From the IMG/VR virus record IMGVR_UViG_3300042516_002158: a DNA stretch of 20,000 bases. One strand, 5' to 3'. The translations under genes were made by a program, and so were the position numbers. This document shows positions 17,076-20,000 of this stretch, one piece after another; position 1 is the stretch's first letter; each line of letters starts with the position of its first letter. Under the pieces are notes generated by a model that was given only the letters and a program-made list of their open reading frames with translations, did not search any database and was not told the DNA's origin. Source of the stretch: an uncultured virus (IMG/VR IMGVR_UViG_3300042516_002158). Taxonomy: Duplodnaviria > Heunggongvirae > Uroviricota > Caudoviricetes.

Positions 17076-17084
17076 TATAAATAT
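17076..17084 (-). promoter_or_regulatory. ATATTTATA upstream motif
   Basis: Exact copy 16 nt upstream of the ATG at 17059. Confidence 0.6.
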
Positions 17085-17109
17085 ATATTTTTTAATTTAA
17101 AATACCTAA

Positions 17110-19998
17110 TTATCCCATAGCATTTTTTACCAGCTGCATTGCATTCTTTCTAACTTTAACAGATTTATCATATCCTAATGCGGTTTTTACTAATATCATT
17201 CTACCAGTATCAGGGTTTTTAATCTTAGTATTTAGTATCTTATTAACTTTTTTATTATTTTTTAAATTAGTTACTTGTTTTGGTTTTTCTGTTTTTGGTT
17301 CTGCTTTTACACTACTAGCACCTTTCATCTTTTCTGCATTCTTAGTTCTAACTACTATTCTAGCAAATATATCTTTATCAAATTTAGGATAAACTTGATT
17401 GAATATTTTTCTCTTATCTGCTATACTCATCTTTGGATCACCGAATGTGGCTCTCAATTGTGTTCCACTAATATTTTTACCATTTACTTTTAATTGCATT
17501 TCAGGTGCAACTATATAGTATCCCTCATCTTCATATCCTTTTCTTTTAGTATCAGAAACCTTATCATAGTTCTTAAAATACTTACCACCTTGTTCCAATC
17601 TTTCTGCATCCTTTTGAGATACTGCTGTTACATAAGTTGTATCTTTCGGTAACTTACTTAATATTTCTACCGGTTGGTATGGATTTTTAACTTGTACTAC
17701 CTTATTAGATGGAATACCAAACATCTTAGTCATTATATCTTTTTTCTCTTTGAATGGGAACGGAGATTTAACCGCATCCATTACATTTGATGATGAGATA
17801 TACACATTTTCTTTACCAAACTTTTTAACCAATGCTTCATAAATACTATAATGACCGGCGTGGAATGGTTGGAATCTACCTGTAAAGATTGCTACTTCTT
17901 TTTTAGAAGTTTCTTCTTTTTTTGTATCTTCTTTCTTTGGTTTATCAAATTTAAATGTTCCTTGTATTTGATTTATAGGTGCAAATGCTCCTGTAAATTT
18001 GTATGGTTTTCCGTTATATTGGAATACTACACCTTCTGATGGAACTATTTTATCCATACCAATACTTTCTAATCTTTCCAATTCTACTTGTAGTTTAGTA
18101 AGTTTATCTGTATCTTTACTATCTTTAATTCCTTTTATAGATTGTATTGTTTCTTTTCTTAATGCATCTGCTGCTTTTGGATTGTTTGATGCTAAGAAAT
18201 TTGTTACTCTCCTTAATGATTGTGCACCTACATTTAAGAAAACCATTTCAATTGGTTTAATCATTTGTTTTTGTGATTTAGCTAAATTATTTGTTTCATA
18301 ATTTCTAAACCATTCTTTTGCTCTATCATCACTAAAAGATTTTACACCAAATGATTTATCACCATCTGCCCATCTTTTAACTAAACCAGCTTTTTCTTTA
18401 TTAGATAATTGTAGTTTGTTATTTTTTTGTTGAGTTTCAATTTCTCTTTTCCACCATTCAGTACGATAATCTGCTAATTTAGATTTATCTTTTAATCCAA
18501 ACTCGCTTGCTGCTTTATCTAATTGTGAATTGTATTCTTTAGCTTTTTTAGTATATTCCTTTGATTCTGCATCACTAAATGCAATAGTTTTAGGTCCTTC
18601 TATACCGAATGTTTTTTGTCTATCTGCACCAACTTTTTGAACTGCTGTTGCAAATGTATTAGCATCATCAGTTGAACGACTAACTTCATTACCCTCTTTA
18701 TCATACTGAATTGTTCCATGCATTACCAATACACTTCTACCATATGGAATTACATTTGTAGTATCAGGTAAAATGATTTCTAAACTCATAAACTTAGAAC
18801 CATTACCAAACATTTGTTTAACTTGCTGTGGTGTTAGTTTCTTAACTGCCGATTGTAAATCTTCAGCTGCTCCAACAAATGCCTTTTCAATGCCACCTCT
18901 ACCTTTAAACTGATTGTATATTCCTTTTACATCTAATGCATTTTCACCACTATTTCTAACATGTCCTTTGTTTCTACCGAACACCACCTTACCATTTCTA
19001 ACACTAAATGCTATATTTTGTCCATCTAATTTTTCACTAACAGGTGCTTCTTTATCTAAACCACCAATAAGACCTCTGTTAATCATTTCTTTCATATCAT
19101 CAAAAGTCAAATCTTCATCTTCAAACGGATGTGCTAAGTGTCCTGCTGCTCCACCTTCCATTATCAATCCTTCATTAATACCTTCCGATTGATTATATTC
19201 AAACTCTCCATCATAATCTACTACTTTAATAGGTAGTTTTTTACCAAAAGCTGTAAAACTCATCAATCTAGTATTTCCTGCCACTAAATGTAAATCACCA
19301 TTTCTATCTCTTAATGCAATTGGTGCAGGAACTTCTGAATTTGATTTTATTCCATTCTCTAATCTATCCCAATCTTTACCATATTCAGTTGCTCTTTCTT
19401 TACCTAAATTATACATTGCCTGCATTCCACCATCTTCACTTGCTCCTAAAATATCACCTACATCCGTATTGTTCATATTTTGCATTTCTTCAGCTGAAAG
19501 ATATATTGGATCTGCTGCTTTCATTTTGTAAATCATATCTACTTCATCTTTGAAAGCGTTTGGAGCAATCTTTTTTGTTACTTCATTATCAAAATATTCT
19601 CCCGTTTCTGCCGAATATTCCTCTCTACTATAATCTCTAATATTTTTTACTTTTGCTCTTTCATCATCTAATATTTCCCAACCATCTTTACCGGCCATCC
19701 AATTTGAATTACTTGCTGTTGCCACTTGTGATGTTGCAGTTGGTTGTGTTTCAATATGATCAGGTTGTTTAATTGGTGTTCCGGTTGTAGGTTTCCCACC
19801 AGGATTCCACTTAGGTCTTGTCTTTAACCTTTTAATATGTTTATGTCTTGTATCACCAGCTTTCTTTTCAGGTTCATTTGCATTTACCAATTTAAGAGCG
19901 GCTTTGTATGCAGGATGATTTTGTGGATAATTTAGTGCTGAACGAACCTTTATTTGTTCTCCTGTTTCTGGATTTGCTACTAATAAATCTAATGTTTG
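17110..19998 (-). CDS. Large multidomain protein: ParB/Srx-like + ligase-like (KxDG) nucleotidyltransferase + HxGH cytidylyltransferase/NMNAT-like domain; 5'-truncated
   Basis: The frame stays open from the track's TTG at 19890 to the window edge (QTLDLLVANPETGEQIKVRSALNYPQNHPAYKAALKLV...). Motifs: APIALRDRNGDLHLVAGNTRL (about 19265-19326), EGGAAGHLAHP, SEKLDGQN (about 19015-19038), SEGVVF, GRFQPFHAGH (17851-17880), ISGTQLR (about 17452-17472). Confidence 0.85.
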   Translation of the reverse strand, partial: QTLDLLVANPETGEQIKVRSALNYPQNHPAYKAALKLVNANEPEKKAGDTRHKHIKRLKTRPKWNPGGKPTTGTPIKQPDHIETQPTATSQVATASNSNWMAGKDGWEILDDERAKVKNIRDYSREEYSAETGEYFDNEVTKKIAPNAFKDEVDMIYKMKAADPIYLSAEEMQNMNNTDVGDILGASEDGGMQAMYNLGKERATEYGKDWDRLENGIKSNSEVPAPIALRDRNGDLHLVAGNTRLMSFTAFGKKLPIKVVDYDGEFEYNQSEGINEGLIMEGGAAGHLAHPFEDEDLTFDDMKEMINRGLIGGLDKEAPVSEKLDGQNIAFSVRNGKVVFGRNKGHVRNSGENALDVKGIYNQFKGRGGIEKAFVGAAEDLQSAVKKLTPQQVKQMFGNGSKFMSLEIILPDTTNVIPYGRSVLVMHGTIQYDKEGNEVSRSTDDANTFATAVQKVGADRQKTFGIEGPKTIAFSDAESKEYTKKAKEYNSQLDKAASEFGLKDKSKLADYRTEWWKREIETQQKNNKLQLSNKEKAGLVKRWADGDKSFGVKSFSDDRAKEWFRNYETNNLAKSQKQMIKPIEMVFLNVGAQSLRRVTNFLASNNPKAADALRKETIQSIKGIKDSKDTDKLTKLQVELERLESIGMDKIVPSEGVVFQYNGKPYKFTGAFAPINQIQGTFKFDKPKKEDTKKEETSKKEVAIFTGRFQPFHAGHYSIYEALVKKFGKENVYISSSNVMDAVKSPFPFKEKKDIMTKMFGIPSNKVVQVKNPYQPVEILSKLPKDTTYVTAVSQKDAERLEQGGKYFKNYDKVSDTKRKGYEDEGYYIVAPEMQLKVNGKNISGTQLRATFGDPKMSIADKRKIFNQVYPKFDKDIFARIVVRTKNAEKMKGASSVKAEPKTEKPKQVTNLKNNKKVNKILNTKIKNPDTGRMILVKTALGYDKSVKVRKNAMQLVKNAMG

Positions 19999-20000
19999 AT

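Noticed and set aside
842..19553. All plus-strand ORFs in the track (60-133 aa)
   Set aside because: They lie antisense to well-supported minus-strand genes, have F/L/S/I-rich shadow composition and show no recognisable motifs.
19888..19890. TTG start assigned to the 926-aa ORF
   Set aside because: The frame is open with a meaningful repeat module up to the window edge; the true start lies beyond 20000.
1..20000. Stop-codon reassignment as seen in some large phages
   Set aside because: Core genes are full length in code 11, and TAG ends the portal and endolysin genes at sensible positions.

Overview
AT-rich, gene-dense segment of a large T4-like (myovirus-type) dsDNA phage genome. All real genes are on the minus strand and read normally in genetic code 11. 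In transcription order: a >960-aa multidomain enzyme that runs off the window edge (ParB-like + KxDG ligase-like + HxGH nucleotidyltransferase), a Cys-motif protein, a membrane-anchored protein with a beta-strand C-terminus, large terminase, a small basic protein, portal, three hypothetical head-module proteins, a PG-binding/GH19 endolysin, prohead protease, three small proteins, ribosomal protein bS21, scaffold, major capsid protein, a fibre/decoration-like protein, an SGNH-like protein and two neck-type genes. This layout matches the large bS21-encoding phages attributed to Bacteroidota hosts (inference). Most interesting signals: (1) the phage bS21 has Arg at position 54, where Flavobacterium bS21 has the anti-SD-sequestering Tyr54, while several late genes carry SD-like motifs; (2) a repeated upstream motif ATATTTATA, the reverse complement of the T4 late promoter; (3) a three-hairpin leader before scaffold/capsid; (4) shared N-terminal L-x(1-2)-E leaders that suggest protease-processed capsid cargo; (5) [S/T][G/A]S tripeptides confined almost entirely to four putative virion proteins. 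No database searches were possible; all calls rest on motif recognition and gene order.
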